IMG/VR virus record: IMGVR_UViG_3300033145_000777
Coordinates: 1-64,000 of that record
Strand: one strand, 5' to 3'
Origin: a virus
DNA length: 64,000 nt
The stretch's first letter is position 1; every line of letters begins with the position of its first letter. Shown here in pieces: positions 31,471-40,924 of the stretch. The position numbers and the translations under genes were made by a program. The notes beneath the pieces are model-generated. The model was given only the letters and a program-made list of their open reading frames with translations, did no database searches and was not told the origin of the DNA.

Positions 31471-33246
31471 ATGGGTCGGCTGTCGAGTAACGTTATATCA
31501 GGACCCGGTACTTGGGGTATGACTACAGACCACTCAATCATCATGAACGTTATCCCGCAGGATCACATAGCAGACGCGAACCTTTGGTATGGCAGAGTAG
31601 TGGTAACAGACTTAGATGACGTTCAACATGACTTGACCCCCATGAACCTCAGCTCAAGCGACGTCCTGAAGCTGAACCTAGATCACCTGAAAGCAGATGA
31701 CTTTTACTTCTCCTTCGAGGACTACGCTGGTGACAAAAGAGATTGGCTGGAAAGAGGTTGTATGGTCGAGATATTCATCGACAGGTTCACTCCTGCAACT
31801 ACGTTGAGACTCTATGGGATGGTCGAGCTGGTAAATGAAACATGGCCGTTACCATCCACCGTCATAGTCACAGCTACTGGACGAGATAAATTCAGCATAT
31901 ATTTAGATAGAGTAATAACTGAAACATACCTAGATAAAGAGGTCAGCGTTATCGTAAAAGACCTGTTAACATTATATGCTCCAGAGATTGACCAAACGAA
32001 TATAGATGTAACGACGACAACTCTTGATGACGCCAGATTCCCATATCGTCCTCTAAAGGAAGTATTAAACTACCTAGCCACGGTCAGCGGGTTCACATAT
32101 CGCTGTGACCCATCTCTTAACTTCTACTGGAAGAAAACGAAAACCGAGGACACTTTCATAACCTATCTCAACACGGACATGGATGCAACCCCAGATAAAA
32201 TATCAAGCCTCTACCCAATCAAAAACAGGGTATATGTGTTAGGCGGTGACTACATGGAGGTAGATCAGGAGTCTACTACAGTTGCTGCAACGAAGAACAC
32301 AAAAGACTTCTGGTACGCCCAAAGATTTACCCCAGAACGCTCCAGCCTTAATCAAGTAAGTCTCCACCTAAAGAGAACAGGTGATCCAGATAACCTAGAG
32401 GGAGAGATAAGAAGCGATGACCCAGGCAATGGACCCTCCGAGGTTCTAGGAACTTTCACGATAGACGCAGATTTCATTGGCACAACTGCAACATGGAGAC
32501 CTACCCGAGTTGACGCCGATCTTCGTGTAGGCTTCGATTATTGGATTGTCTTGAGGAAAACCGGAGATGCTGCTAATAACTATGAATGGTCAGATGATAA
32601 CAACAACACTGGTGTAAACGCAAACTCAGGTAACGGTGTCGCTGGAAACTGGATCGTACAGGCTGCAAGCTACCTATTTGCCTTCAAAACACATTACTCT
32701 GTTCCAGTAATAGCTGTGAAACAGGACTACGACTCAGGGGAGAAGTACATAATATGGCGAGAACACGTTCACAGGGATGAAGCCATAGCATCACGGGCAG
32801 TAGCTAAACAGACAGCACAGGCATTACTCGATGAACTTGTAGACGAAACCCCTAGCATAAAATCATTGAACACCATAGACCAGGACACTGTCCCTGATCA
32901 AGGTAAACTAATCACCCTCGACTTGGAGCCTCTCAAAATAGACATGGTTCAATACCAAGTGAGACAGGTATCATTCGTCTTCAAGGGCGGTCAGGTAGGC
33001 ACTCACTATATGGATGTTTTCCTCGGAAGATCATCAGAGGAATTAGATGAATGGCTTAACAGGCTACGACTCGACATAGACCGGATCAGCATCGGCTCCT
33101 TCGGAGTTGAAGAGGGACTTGTCCCAATGGTTGAGGCTATAGGCCCCGACGAGGCAACAGCAGGAGACTCCCTCAACCTCACAGTAGTTGCTTCAGGGGC
33201 GTTTGAAATTGGCAGTGCTCGCATAGATTTCAGTGACATCTCATAG
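31471..33246 (+). CDS. baseplate hub / tail tip protein
   Basis: VTATGRD, IKNRVYVLGG, AQRFTP; position. Confidence 0.65.
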   Translation: MGRLSSNVISGPGTWGMTTDHSIIMNVIPQDHIADANLWYGRVVVTDLDDVQHDLTPMNLSSSDVLKLNLDHLKADDFYFSFEDYAGDKRDWLERGCMVEIFIDRFTPATTLRLYGMVELVNETWPLPSTVIVTATGRDKFSIYLDRVITETYLDKEVSVIVKDLLTLYAPEIDQTNIDVTTTTLDDARFPYRPLKEVLNYLATVSGFTYRCDPSLNFYWKKTKTEDTFITYLNTDMDATPDKISSLYPIKNRVYVLGGDYMEVDQESTTVAATKNTKDFWYAQRFTPERSSLNQVSLHLKRTGDPDNLEGEIRSDDPGNGPSEVLGTFTIDADFIGTTATWRPTRVDADLRVGFDYWIVLRKTGDAANNYEWSDDNNNTGVNANSGNGVAGNWIVQAASYLFAFKTHYSVPVIAVKQDYDSGEKYIIWREHVHRDEAIASRAVAKQTAQALLDELVDETPSIKSLNTIDQDTVPDQGKLITLDLEPLKIDMVQYQVRQVSFVFKGGQVGTHYMDVFLGRSSEELDEWLNRLRLDIDRISIGSFGVEEGLVPMVEAIGPDEATAGDSLNLTVVASGAFEIGSARIDFSDIS

Positions 33247-33297
33247 ACTTCTCGGATATAGGATAATTTTTTATATTGTCAAATTTATGTTTAAATA

Positions 33298-34065
33298 ATG
33301 GCGAGAGATCCCAAAGGTAGATTTGTTAAAGGTCATATTCCTTGGATCAAGGGTAGAAAGGCGTCTGAGGAAACTAAGCAGAAACTTGTTGAAAGCCACA
33401 AGGGGCAGGTTCCTTGGAATAAGGGTGTAACAGGCTATACTACTTCATGGAAGGGTCGGAAACATTCTGAAGAAACTAAGCAAATATTGAAAGAAACCCG
33501 TAAGAGGCAGATATTCACTGACGAAACTCGGAAGAAAATGAGTGACACGAAGAAAAGAATGGGGAATGAACCTTTACTGAATCACATTAAAGAACACGGT
33601 TCATGGAATAAGGGCTTGACCAAGGAAACGGATGACCGGGTAAAAAAATACGGGGAGTCTCAGAAGGGTAAGGTCATTTCTGAGGAGACTAGGCAGAAAA
33701 ATCGTGAGGCCAGAATGAAACAGCGACTACCCAAAAAAGATACCTCTATTGAACTTGCCTTACAAAGGGGACTTGATGTGGTAGGCATTAACTATGACAC
33801 CCATCTTCCAGTCTGTGGTATATGTCAACCTGATATAGTTTTTCCTGAAATGAAACTCGCAGTTTTTGCTGATGGGGATTACTGGCATAACCTTCCCGGA
33901 AAAAGAGAAAAAGACTTAAAACAAAACCAAGTTTTGAAGGAGAACGGCTGGACAGTTCTCCGTTTCTGGGGACGTGAGATAAATTCTGATATAGAGGGTT
34001 GTGTTAATAAGATTAGGAAACATATAGGCTTTCTCATCAGGGTAGACAAGGACATGATGAAATGA
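33298..34065 (+). CDS. free-standing homing endonuclease: NUMOD3 repeats + Vsr/DUF559-like nuclease
   Basis: PWNKG and SEETKQK repeats; PDIVF...AVFADGDYWH; GWTVLRFWG. Confidence 0.85.
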   Translation: MARDPKGRFVKGHIPWIKGRKASEETKQKLVESHKGQVPWNKGVTGYTTSWKGRKHSEETKQILKETRKRQIFTDETRKKMSDTKKRMGNEPLLNHIKEHGSWNKGLTKETDDRVKKYGESQKGKVISEETRQKNREARMKQRLPKKDTSIELALQRGLDVVGINYDTHLPVCGICQPDIVFPEMKLAVFADGDYWHNLPGKREKDLKQNQVLKENGWTVLRFWGREINSDIEGCVNKIRKHIGFLIRVDKDMMK

Positions 34066-35585
34066 AGATAAAAGATAAAGTCAAGATGCGGGGACGATGT
34101 CGTTTCACGATAAGAGACGCCGAGACGGGAGAGATCGTTGAGCAGACTCCTTGGAGAGATAACCTAGTCACGGATGTCGGAGAAGAAATGTACGCCCAAT
34201 TAATGAAGGGAGACACAATAGACCCATGCAATTACTGCGCCGTAGGCGATGATAACACACCAGCCGCCGAAGCCGACACAGTTCTAGGCTCTGAGCTAGG
34301 ACGACTTGAGGTAACGGAAATAACCATCGCAGGCTCCGTTGTCACTTACAGCACATTCTTCGGGTCAGGCGACGCCAATGGTTGTTATGATGAGTTAACT
34401 GAATGTCTAACTGAGGGTGGCTGGAAATACATTAAAGATGTTCAAAAAGGAGAACAAATATTAACCTTAAATGAACAAGGATGCCTGGAGTATCAACCTA
34501 ACCTAAAAACCCATAAATATTCACACTCAGGAATCATGTATTCCTTACAGCGTCCTGGACGATTCAATCTTCTTATTACCCCAAAACACTGGTTAATCGT
34601 AAAGAATCATTCATGGCATGACCATATGAGAAGGTCAAAAATATTAACAGGGAGACAATGGCACCATGATTTATTTAAACCTGTAATGACCGAAAACTGT
34701 CTTCATGGAAAATGGGATATGATTAAATCAGGAGAATGGCATGGGGAAGAACCAGAGACCATTACTATTCCGGCTTTAAAATACAAAATGCAGGCGTGGA
34801 AAACAAAATATATAAAAGAGAAACCTGAAAGAAAATTTAAAACATCCCCCTTCCTAAAGCTGACGGCTTGGTATCTTTCAGAAGGTTCAGTTGATTATGG
34901 TACGACCGGTAATCCTAATAGAACTAAAATTAGTCAAATAAAAAAGGAAGAAAACCGACAAGAAATTGTTGAATTGTGTAAAGAATTAAAACTAAATTAC
35001 TCAATAAACAAAAAAGGAATTAACATAAATGATAACCAGATAGCTACTTACTTTACCGCTTTTGGAAAAAACGCCCTGGAAAAAAGATCACCCTTATACA
35101 TTAAACGATTATCCCAAAAACTAATTCAAGAGTTCCTCCACACATATATGAAGGGGGATGGCAATCTCAAAAAGAACTATCTTTTCACTTCATCACCGGC
35201 AATGAGAGATGATCTCCAAGAACTAGGCATCAAAGCAGGATATGGTGCAGACTATACTGCATACATATCTTCAAACAGCTTTTCTGAAAAAGAAAAATAT
35301 ACAATTCGATTATTAAAAGGAAAATCACACTTAGCTATTGGGCGTGGACACTCTTTAAAACCCGTGCCTTTTTCAGGGTTTGTATATTGTTTAGAGGTGC
35401 CTAACCATGTTTTTCTAGTTAGACGAGAAGGAAAAACGGTGTTTTGTGGAAACACATGGTGGGAAGTAGGTATGCTTAACGCAGCGGTAGGTGGAGTCCT
35501 AATTGCTCGTACCGTTCTAGGAGGCGCACAGGTAAAAAACGCAGCGAACACAGTGACGATAGATTATGAGCTTTCTGTTACTTGA
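34062..35585 (+). CDS. tail/baseplate protein (~150 aa mature) interrupted by an intein
   Basis: Exteins NLVTDVG...AVGDDNTPAAEADTVLGSE...DANG|TWWEVGMLNAAVGGVLIART...IDYELSV, typical of phage tail-collar-type proteins. Confidence 0.75.
   Translation: MKIKDKVKMRGRCRFTIRDAETGEIVEQTPWRDNLVTDVGEEMYAQLMKGDTIDPCNYCAVGDDNTPAAEADTVLGSELGRLEVTEITIAGSVVTYSTFFGSGDANGCYDELTECLTEGGWKYIKDVQKGEQILTLNEQGCLEYQPNLKTHKYSHSGIMYSLQRPGRFNLLITPKHWLIVKNHSWHDHMRRSKILTGRQWHHDLFKPVMTENCLHGKWDMIKSGEWHGEEPETITIPALKYKMQAWKTKYIKEKPERKFKTSPFLKLTAWYLSEGSVDYGTTGNPNRTKISQIKKEENRQEIVELCKELKLNYSINKKGININDNQIATYFTAFGKNALEKRSPLYIKRLSQKLIQEFLHTYMKGDGNLKKNYLFTSSPAMRDDLQELGIKAGYGADYTAYISSNSFSEKEKYTIRLLKGKSHLAIGRGHSLKPVPFSGFVYCLEVPNHVFLVRREGKTVFCGNTWWEVGMLNAAVGGVLIARTVLGGAQVKNAANTVTIDYELSVT
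34383..35453 (+). mobile_element. intein (357 aa) with LAGLIDADG-type domain
   Basis: CYDELTECLTEGGWK start, ITPKH block B, WYLSEGS and YMKGDG motifs, VYCLEVPNHVFLVRREGKTVFCGN followed by Thr. Confidence 0.9.
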
Positions 35586-35598
35586 GGTTGATTTGATA

Positions 35599-35697
35599 AT
35601 GATAGTCGATACAGATAAAGAGAACAACGCATATTCTAATTTGGTGACGCTGTGTCCGAGGTGTCATGGGTTAGACATAGGAAAATCAATAAGTTGA
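35599..35697 (+). pseudogene. HNH endonuclease C-terminal remnant
   Basis: Translates to MIVDTDKENNAYSNLVTLCPRCHGLDIGKSIS. Confidence 0.55.
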
Positions 35698-35708
35698 GTG
35701 TGGTTTAG

Positions 35709-36074
35709 ATGGCTGAGAAAATAGGTGAACCAATTCCTCGGGAACTCTGGGATCTTCTGGAATTAAACCTTAAGATACGCGACGAAGAGTATCAGATTAA
35801 AGGCTGGAGGGCAGCTGTTTTCCGTGAGTTTCTGATAAACGGTGCAGCCATGACCCCTGACGGGGTACATAGTTTTATCGCTGCAAACGGTATGTTCAAA
35901 ATTGACTCTAAAACTGTGATTGAGTTCCTATTCAAACAAGAAGAAGAGGGGATGCTCACAAGCCGTAGAGAACCCAGCGCAAAAACTCCGCATAAATCTA
36001 GACTGGTTTTTGTTTCAGCGTTTCACCCAGAGATGATTCAGTATCAAATGATAAAACACAAGGAGGAGAACTAA
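35709..36074 (+). CDS. hypothetical protein, possibly winged helix
   Basis: 121 aa; pattern only weakly wHTH-like. Confidence 0.45.
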   Translation: MAEKIGEPIPRELWDLLELNLKIRDEEYQIKGWRAAVFREFLINGAAMTPDGVHSFIAANGMFKIDSKTVIEFLFKQEEEGMLTSRREPSAKTPHKSRLVFVSAFHPEMIQYQMIKHKEEN

Positions 36075-36075
36075 G

Positions 36076-36726
36076 CTGCCAGGACAAAAGTGGATTACTG
36101 GAGATGTTATTACCTTCGCTCGTATGAATCAGAAAACCCTCATAGTTCAAGCTGCAGAGCCCACAATTATGTATGTGGGCATGTGCTGGTTTGATGTAGA
36201 TGATGATAGATTGAAGGAGAGGAATGCAGCTAACGCTGCATGGATAGAACGCCCAGGCGTCACTCTGACAGCTACTATCTCGGGTCTTTGGACTTTTGAC
36301 CGTGGGGCTGCTGTCCCATTCGCTGTGGATGCAGCGAGCCTGAAGGTTACGAACCTTGACGCTGACAAGGTAGATGGACAGCACAGAGTTCTTAACATTA
36401 ATGCTGACCATGACCATGAGGGCGCAGGTGCAGAGGGCGGAACCCTTGACGTTGCCGCTATTGCCTCAGGGATCCTTAGTGTGGCGAGGGGAGGAACAGC
36501 ACTCGCCGCGTATGCACAGGGAGGAATACTATACATTTCAGGTGCAAACACCCTCTCAAGGTTAGCCCCAGCCGCAGCTAACCGGGTGTTGAGATCAACT
36601 GGAGCGAATGCACTTGAGTTCGGAGTCCTTGTTACAGCAGACATTCCCACCCTCACTATAGCCAAACTCTCAGATCACAACAAAGCAAACCATGATTCAC
36701 TGTTGATTTATGCGAGGTATGCTTAA
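36076..36726 (+). CDS. tail fibre protein (proposed CTG start at 36076)
   Basis: KWITGDVITFARMN anchor motif, NLDADKVDGQH, SGILSVARGGT, Gly/Ala-rich; AGGAGG at 36061. Confidence 0.7.
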   Translation: MPGQKWITGDVITFARMNQKTLIVQAAEPTIMYVGMCWFDVDDDRLKERNAANAAWIERPGVTLTATISGLWTFDRGAAVPFAVDAASLKVTNLDADKVDGQHRVLNINADHDHEGAGAEGGTLDVAAIASGILSVARGGTALAAYAQGGILYISGANTLSRLAPAAANRVLRSTGANALEFGVLVTADIPTLTIAKLSDHNKANHDSLLIYARYA

Positions 36727-36741
36727 GAGGACTTGAATAGT

Positions 36742-37170
36742 ATGCCGTTTGTCTGGACCCAGAACATCGCAGTCGATGCCCTAATAGAAGCAGCTGACGT
36801 CAATGAGGTCAAAACCAACCTTGATTCCATTTACACAGCCTTGGGGATCACTAGAGGGGGATGTGGGGCTGGAGGAGGATGGGTTGAACTCCCCGTAGGA
36901 GTTGGTGACTTGATTGAGTCAGCTGACTTTCAGGAGATGAGGGATGTCACTGACTTTGCCTACGACAACAGGTGTCCCTCTTTTGATGCCGCTGATTTTG
37001 GGTCTGATGAGGCAGTGCATGATGAAGGCGTCGATGTTGGAGATAACACGGGTTATAATAGTGACGACGACTCAAGCTATGACGATAATGATCACGGCAC
37101 TTATGAGTCAGGACACGATACAAGCGTTAATGATTACGATGACGACTCATTTAATGATATAAACGTGTAA
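36742..37170 (+). CDS. Asp/Asn-repeat protein 1, putative radical SAM substrate
   Basis: MPFVWTQNIAVDALI N-terminal motif, present twice in degenerate form; Cys followed by 16 tetrapeptides, 11 ending in D/N. Confidence 0.7.
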   Translation: MPFVWTQNIAVDALIEAADVNEVKTNLDSIYTALGITRGGCGAGGGWVELPVGVGDLIESADFQEMRDVTDFAYDNRCPSFDAADFGSDEAVHDEGVDVGDNTGYNSDDDSSYDDNDHGTYESGHDTSVNDYDDDSFNDINV

Positions 37171-37185
37171 GGTGGAAATGAAAAA

Positions 37186-37482
37186 ATGCCGTTTGTTTGG
37201 GTGCAGAACATCGCCGTAGACGCATTAATCGACTCAGCTGACTTGGCGGAGATTCGAACTAATGTAGATTGGGTGGAAGATAACAAATGTGCTGCCCATG
37301 ATACAGGGCATGATTTAACAAATCATGGTCCCGTTGATAATGGGGATGATGCACCCGTGAACGTCGGAGAAGATGGCACCTATGACTCTGGAGATAATGA
37401 CGGATATGATGGCACAAAAAACGCTGGTGCTAACTCTGGGGAAGATGGCAGTTACAATAATGGAGACAACAACGTCGTTTAG
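37186..37482 (+). CDS. Asp/Asn-repeat protein 2, putative radical SAM substrate
   Basis: MPFVWVQNIAVDALI motif; Cys followed by 15 tetrapeptides, 14 ending in D/N. Confidence 0.72.
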   Translation: MPFVWVQNIAVDALIDSADLAEIRTNVDWVEDNKCAAHDTGHDLTNHGPVDNGDDAPVNVGEDGTYDSGDNDGYDGTKNAGANSGEDGSYNNGDNNVV

Positions 37483-37494
37483 AAGGTAAATAAA

Positions 37495-38811
37495 ATGAGT
37501 CTTGTAGCAGCAGAAATGTTAACCACGGGTACATGCCCTTTCAACTGTTCATATTGCTATATTCCTAAAACGGAGTATATGAAGGAAATACACGCCAAGC
37601 TAGTTGAGCATCTTCAAAACGGGAACTACATTGAGTTACTGAAAAAAGTCTATGGTGAAAACCTTACTCATTTAGGGCTCTGGGGTACAGAACCTACGCT
37701 CACAATACCACTGATTGCTGATCTTTTACCAGCACTGTTAAATGAGTTTCCTCTTCTGAAGGAGATAAAGTTTTCAACAGCTATGATTTCAGACCCTTTG
37801 ATTATAGCGAACTTTGCTAAAGCATTATCTAAAACAGGAGTTAAGATTAACCTCAGCGTTCAGATGTCTCTTGATGGTCCCTCATGGATTACTGATAAAA
37901 ATAGGATGCGTGGAGCCGCTGCTCTTGTCCCTAAGAATCTATATGCTCTTGTTAGGATTCTGAATGATCATGACCTCAATGAAACAACAGTCGAGTTCCG
38001 ATGGAAGGCAACTCATAGCATCGAAACAATCAAAATATTTGCTAATAGTAAAAAAAGGATTCACGAGTATCTTGGCTTCTTTGAGTCTATACGTCGCCGC
38101 TTCAACAAGATCAATAAAAACAAAAACATGAAACTTGTCTCAACCTCGGCTCCGACAACTCTCGTAGTACCAGGAAAATACACCAGCACAGATGGTAAAA
38201 TATTCGCAAAATACCTAAAGACCCTCCACAAAGCAGACTATGAATCCACTTATAGTAGTCGGCTGAATAAAATCTTCAAGTATGGAAGGGATATAGACAA
38301 AAGGAGAATGTTTACATGTAGTGGTGGTGACTCCAATCTCGGCATAGCCCCAGGTCGGATACACATCTGTCACCGCACCTTCTACCTAGACGATGACAAA
38401 TACATTCAATCAGTCTTAGCATCTGAAAGCTCAGTTGGCGACGTAGAAAATTGGGACATATCCCTTTTCCGTAAAGGTACAATAGATTTTGTGAGGGACA
38501 ACTACATTGTTCCCGTCTCTGACCTACCTCGGTTCCTATACGTGATGCGTGGCTATCATGATTTCTGGCGGCTACAACTTGGGCATGTAAGAGCTATGTT
38601 GATAGAGTTAGCACTCGCTGGTCAAGCAGATGAAGTATATATAGACGATGAGGAACTAGCCTCTCTGTTCTGTCTTTTTATGGAAACAGCCTTAACCTGT
38701 CCGATGGAGAACTTGTTAAATACCGGGTCTATCCACCTTCAAACTGTATCCTTGATAAGGCTGTTTGCAAACGGAGCTTTCCAAGAACTCCTAAAGGAGG
38801 CACAACGATGA
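37495..38811 (+). CDS. radical SAM protein with partial SPASM/twitch domain
   Basis: CPFNCSYC, WGTEP, SLDG, CSGG...ICHR, CPMEN. Confidence 0.88.
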   Translation: MSLVAAEMLTTGTCPFNCSYCYIPKTEYMKEIHAKLVEHLQNGNYIELLKKVYGENLTHLGLWGTEPTLTIPLIADLLPALLNEFPLLKEIKFSTAMISDPLIIANFAKALSKTGVKINLSVQMSLDGPSWITDKNRMRGAAALVPKNLYALVRILNDHDLNETTVEFRWKATHSIETIKIFANSKKRIHEYLGFFESIRRRFNKINKNKNMKLVSTSAPTTLVVPGKYTSTDGKIFAKYLKTLHKADYESTYSSRLNKIFKYGRDIDKRRMFTCSGGDSNLGIAPGRIHICHRTFYLDDDKYIQSVLASESSVGDVENWDISLFRKGTIDFVRDNYIVPVSDLPRFLYVMRGYHDFWRLQLGHVRAMLIELALAGQADEVYIDDEELASLFCLFMETALTCPMENLLNTGSIHLQTVSLIRLFANGAFQELLKEAQR

Positions 38812-40121
38812 GTTATCAACAAGAAAACGATACCCTAATCACCTCTCTATTTGAGCGAACATTCTTCGAGTCATGGAACGCGAACCCCCCGGAACTCTCA
38901 AACTTCCATAGGGTCGAGTTTATACTTAACTACAAATGCAACCTTGCTTGCAAATATTGCTATGTAACCCATTATGGGGATGAACTTTATCCTCCAGAAC
39001 TCTATAAAGATGAAGCACAAGTGCTAAATAACCTAGAGATGGTGCTTGATTGGTTTATAGAAAACAATTATGCTCCAGAAATAGAGGTATTCTCAGGAGA
39101 AGCACTCATTCAAGATATAGGCTATAAAGCCTTGAATATGATTCTTGATAAATTTGAAGGAAAGATCAAGACCCGTATTATCATCCCGACAAACTACACC
39201 TTCATTCTTTCAAAAACGCTAACCAAACAAGTTGAGACGCTCTTAAACCGAGGTAAAAAAATAGGGATACCCATTTTTCTGAGTGCTTCATTTGATGGAA
39301 AATATTGCGAGGCTAATCGTCCCTTCCAGCCTGGAGTTAAAGACTTGCGTGATGATGATTATTATGATAAGTGCTTTGCCTTCATTAAGAAATGGGGCTT
39401 CGGGTTCCACCCAATGATTTACTCTGAAAAAATTAGAAACTGGAAGGATAATTTCCTTTGGTTCCAAGAGATGCTTAAAAAACATAACATCCCTTGGTAT
39501 AGGATATACCTCTTATCCGTCCGTAATGCTGAGTGGAGTATTCAACAAACCCGTGATTTTCACGATTTTATTGAGTTTCTAATAAAATGGGTCTATGATA
39601 ATCCATGCAACAAAGACCCTAAGAAATACCTAGATTTTCTATTCAAAAAGCGTGGATTCAATATCCTCAATGGTCCTCTTTCTACTGTAGGCAGAGGAAT
39701 TGGGTGTTCCCTTCAGTCACAGTTATTTTTACGGCTGGGTGACTTAGCTATTGTTCCATGTCATAGAACTAGCTACGAGCACTTGATCTTAGGACACCTA
39801 AAAGTGGAGGACAACAAAATCGCAGGGATCTCCGCAAAGAACCCAGAGTTAGCAGTAACCAAACACTCGTTTAGTGCAAAAATGTTTCCTTATTGTGAGA
39901 CCTGTCTTATCCGTGAACTTTGCAGCTTCGGGTGCTTGGGAGCGCAGATTGAGACAACAGGTGATTTATTCACGCCCATTCCCACCGTTTGTCGTCAGCA
40001 ACACGCTAAAATAAGGAGCATGATTAAAACCTATCAGGAACTTAATATGCTTGATTTAATTCTCAGTAATCTTAGCACTGAGAAAGTGTACGCAATCAAA
40101 AAATTGGTTGAAATAATATGA
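38808..40121 (+). CDS. radical SAM/SPASM peptide-maturase-like protein
   Basis: CNLACKYC, FSGE, SFDG, GC...PCHR...CETCLIRELCSFGC...C. Confidence 0.9.
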   Translation: MSYQQENDTLITSLFERTFFESWNANPPELSNFHRVEFILNYKCNLACKYCYVTHYGDELYPPELYKDEAQVLNNLEMVLDWFIENNYAPEIEVFSGEALIQDIGYKALNMILDKFEGKIKTRIIIPTNYTFILSKTLTKQVETLLNRGKKIGIPIFLSASFDGKYCEANRPFQPGVKDLRDDDYYDKCFAFIKKWGFGFHPMIYSEKIRNWKDNFLWFQEMLKKHNIPWYRIYLLSVRNAEWSIQQTRDFHDFIEFLIKWVYDNPCNKDPKKYLDFLFKKRGFNILNGPLSTVGRGIGCSLQSQLFLRLGDLAIVPCHRTSYEHLILGHLKVEDNKIAGISAKNPELAVTKHSFSAKMFPYCETCLIRELCSFGCLGAQIETTGDLFTPIPTVCRQQHAKIRSMIKTYQELNMLDLILSNLSTEKVYAIKKLVEII

Positions 40122-40678
40122 GTGAACAGAAAAACCCACAAGAGATGTTTGATGAAAAGATAGAGACAATCGAAAAGATCATGGAACATAAAACAGATTT
40201 CACACAAACCTACGGTAATAAAGGAAGTGACATGATCATAGCCGCTTTCGACATTATGCGCGTCCAGTTTAGTGCTGCCATTCAACTGGAAACCTTGGAA
40301 GAGTCAGCCAAACTCGCAGTACAAGAGAAAACAGAGGTAGTTGAAAAAGCGTTAAAACTAATGCTCGACGTAGCCCTCTACAGGCCGATAACCAAAATAG
40401 TTCGTCACCTATCCCTTGAAGTCACAGAGTTTGCCAAAAACTGGAATGATCAAGTCCCTCAATGTCCAAATATAGCACAAAAGATCGCGGTTCTATCACG
40501 CATCGTGTCATCCCAGAAAACTATGGATGATACTATCCAGATCACAAAGAAGTTGCTGGAGAAGCTACAACGAGAAATGAGCAGACGCCCGGTAGCCTAT
40601 GAGCTTTCTAAGCACTACCTTGAAAGCACAGACTTTTCAATCAAGAGACGAAATGAAAAACAAAAGGAGGTGAAGTGA
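40118..40678 (+). CDS. helical hypothetical protein coupled to the radical SAM pair
   Basis: ATGA overlap with 38808..40121. Confidence 0.55.
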   Translation: MSEQKNPQEMFDEKIETIEKIMEHKTDFTQTYGNKGSDMIIAAFDIMRVQFSAAIQLETLEESAKLAVQEKTEVVEKALKLMLDVALYRPITKIVRHLSLEVTEFAKNWNDQVPQCPNIAQKIAVLSRIVSSQKTMDDTIQITKKLLEKLQREMSRRPVAYELSKHYLESTDFSIKRRNEKQKEVK

Positions 40679-40908
40679 TGAAAGTACACATTGATCGGAT
40701 TCGTTTGCTTGAAGACTTCGTACACGTAAAATATTCGTTAAACGAAAGCACTGTTGTTGGCTCTGTAAGAATACCTGCCGCAGGGTTTCAGGAAGAGTGG
40801 ATTCCAGCAGCGATTAAGCGAGACCTTCTGCTAAAAGAAGAAGAACGTGGGATCATAGAAGACCTAGTTCAGACGCTCGAAGGTCAGGAAATAGACATCC
40901 CCGAGTAG
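40675..40908 (+). CDS. hypothetical protein
   Basis: GGAGG SD; last gene of the late run. Confidence 0.5.
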   Translation: MMKVHIDRIRLLEDFVHVKYSLNESTVVGSVRIPAAGFQEEWIPAAIKRDLLLKEEERGIIEDLVQTLEGQEIDIPE

Positions 40909-40924
40909 TGGATTAAAGAACAAC

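Noticed and set aside
36742-37482. Ranthipeptide/sactipeptide precursors or simple low-complexity junk
   Set aside because: Only one or two Cys per protein, too few for multiple thioethers; the shared N-terminus and period-4 register argue against junk
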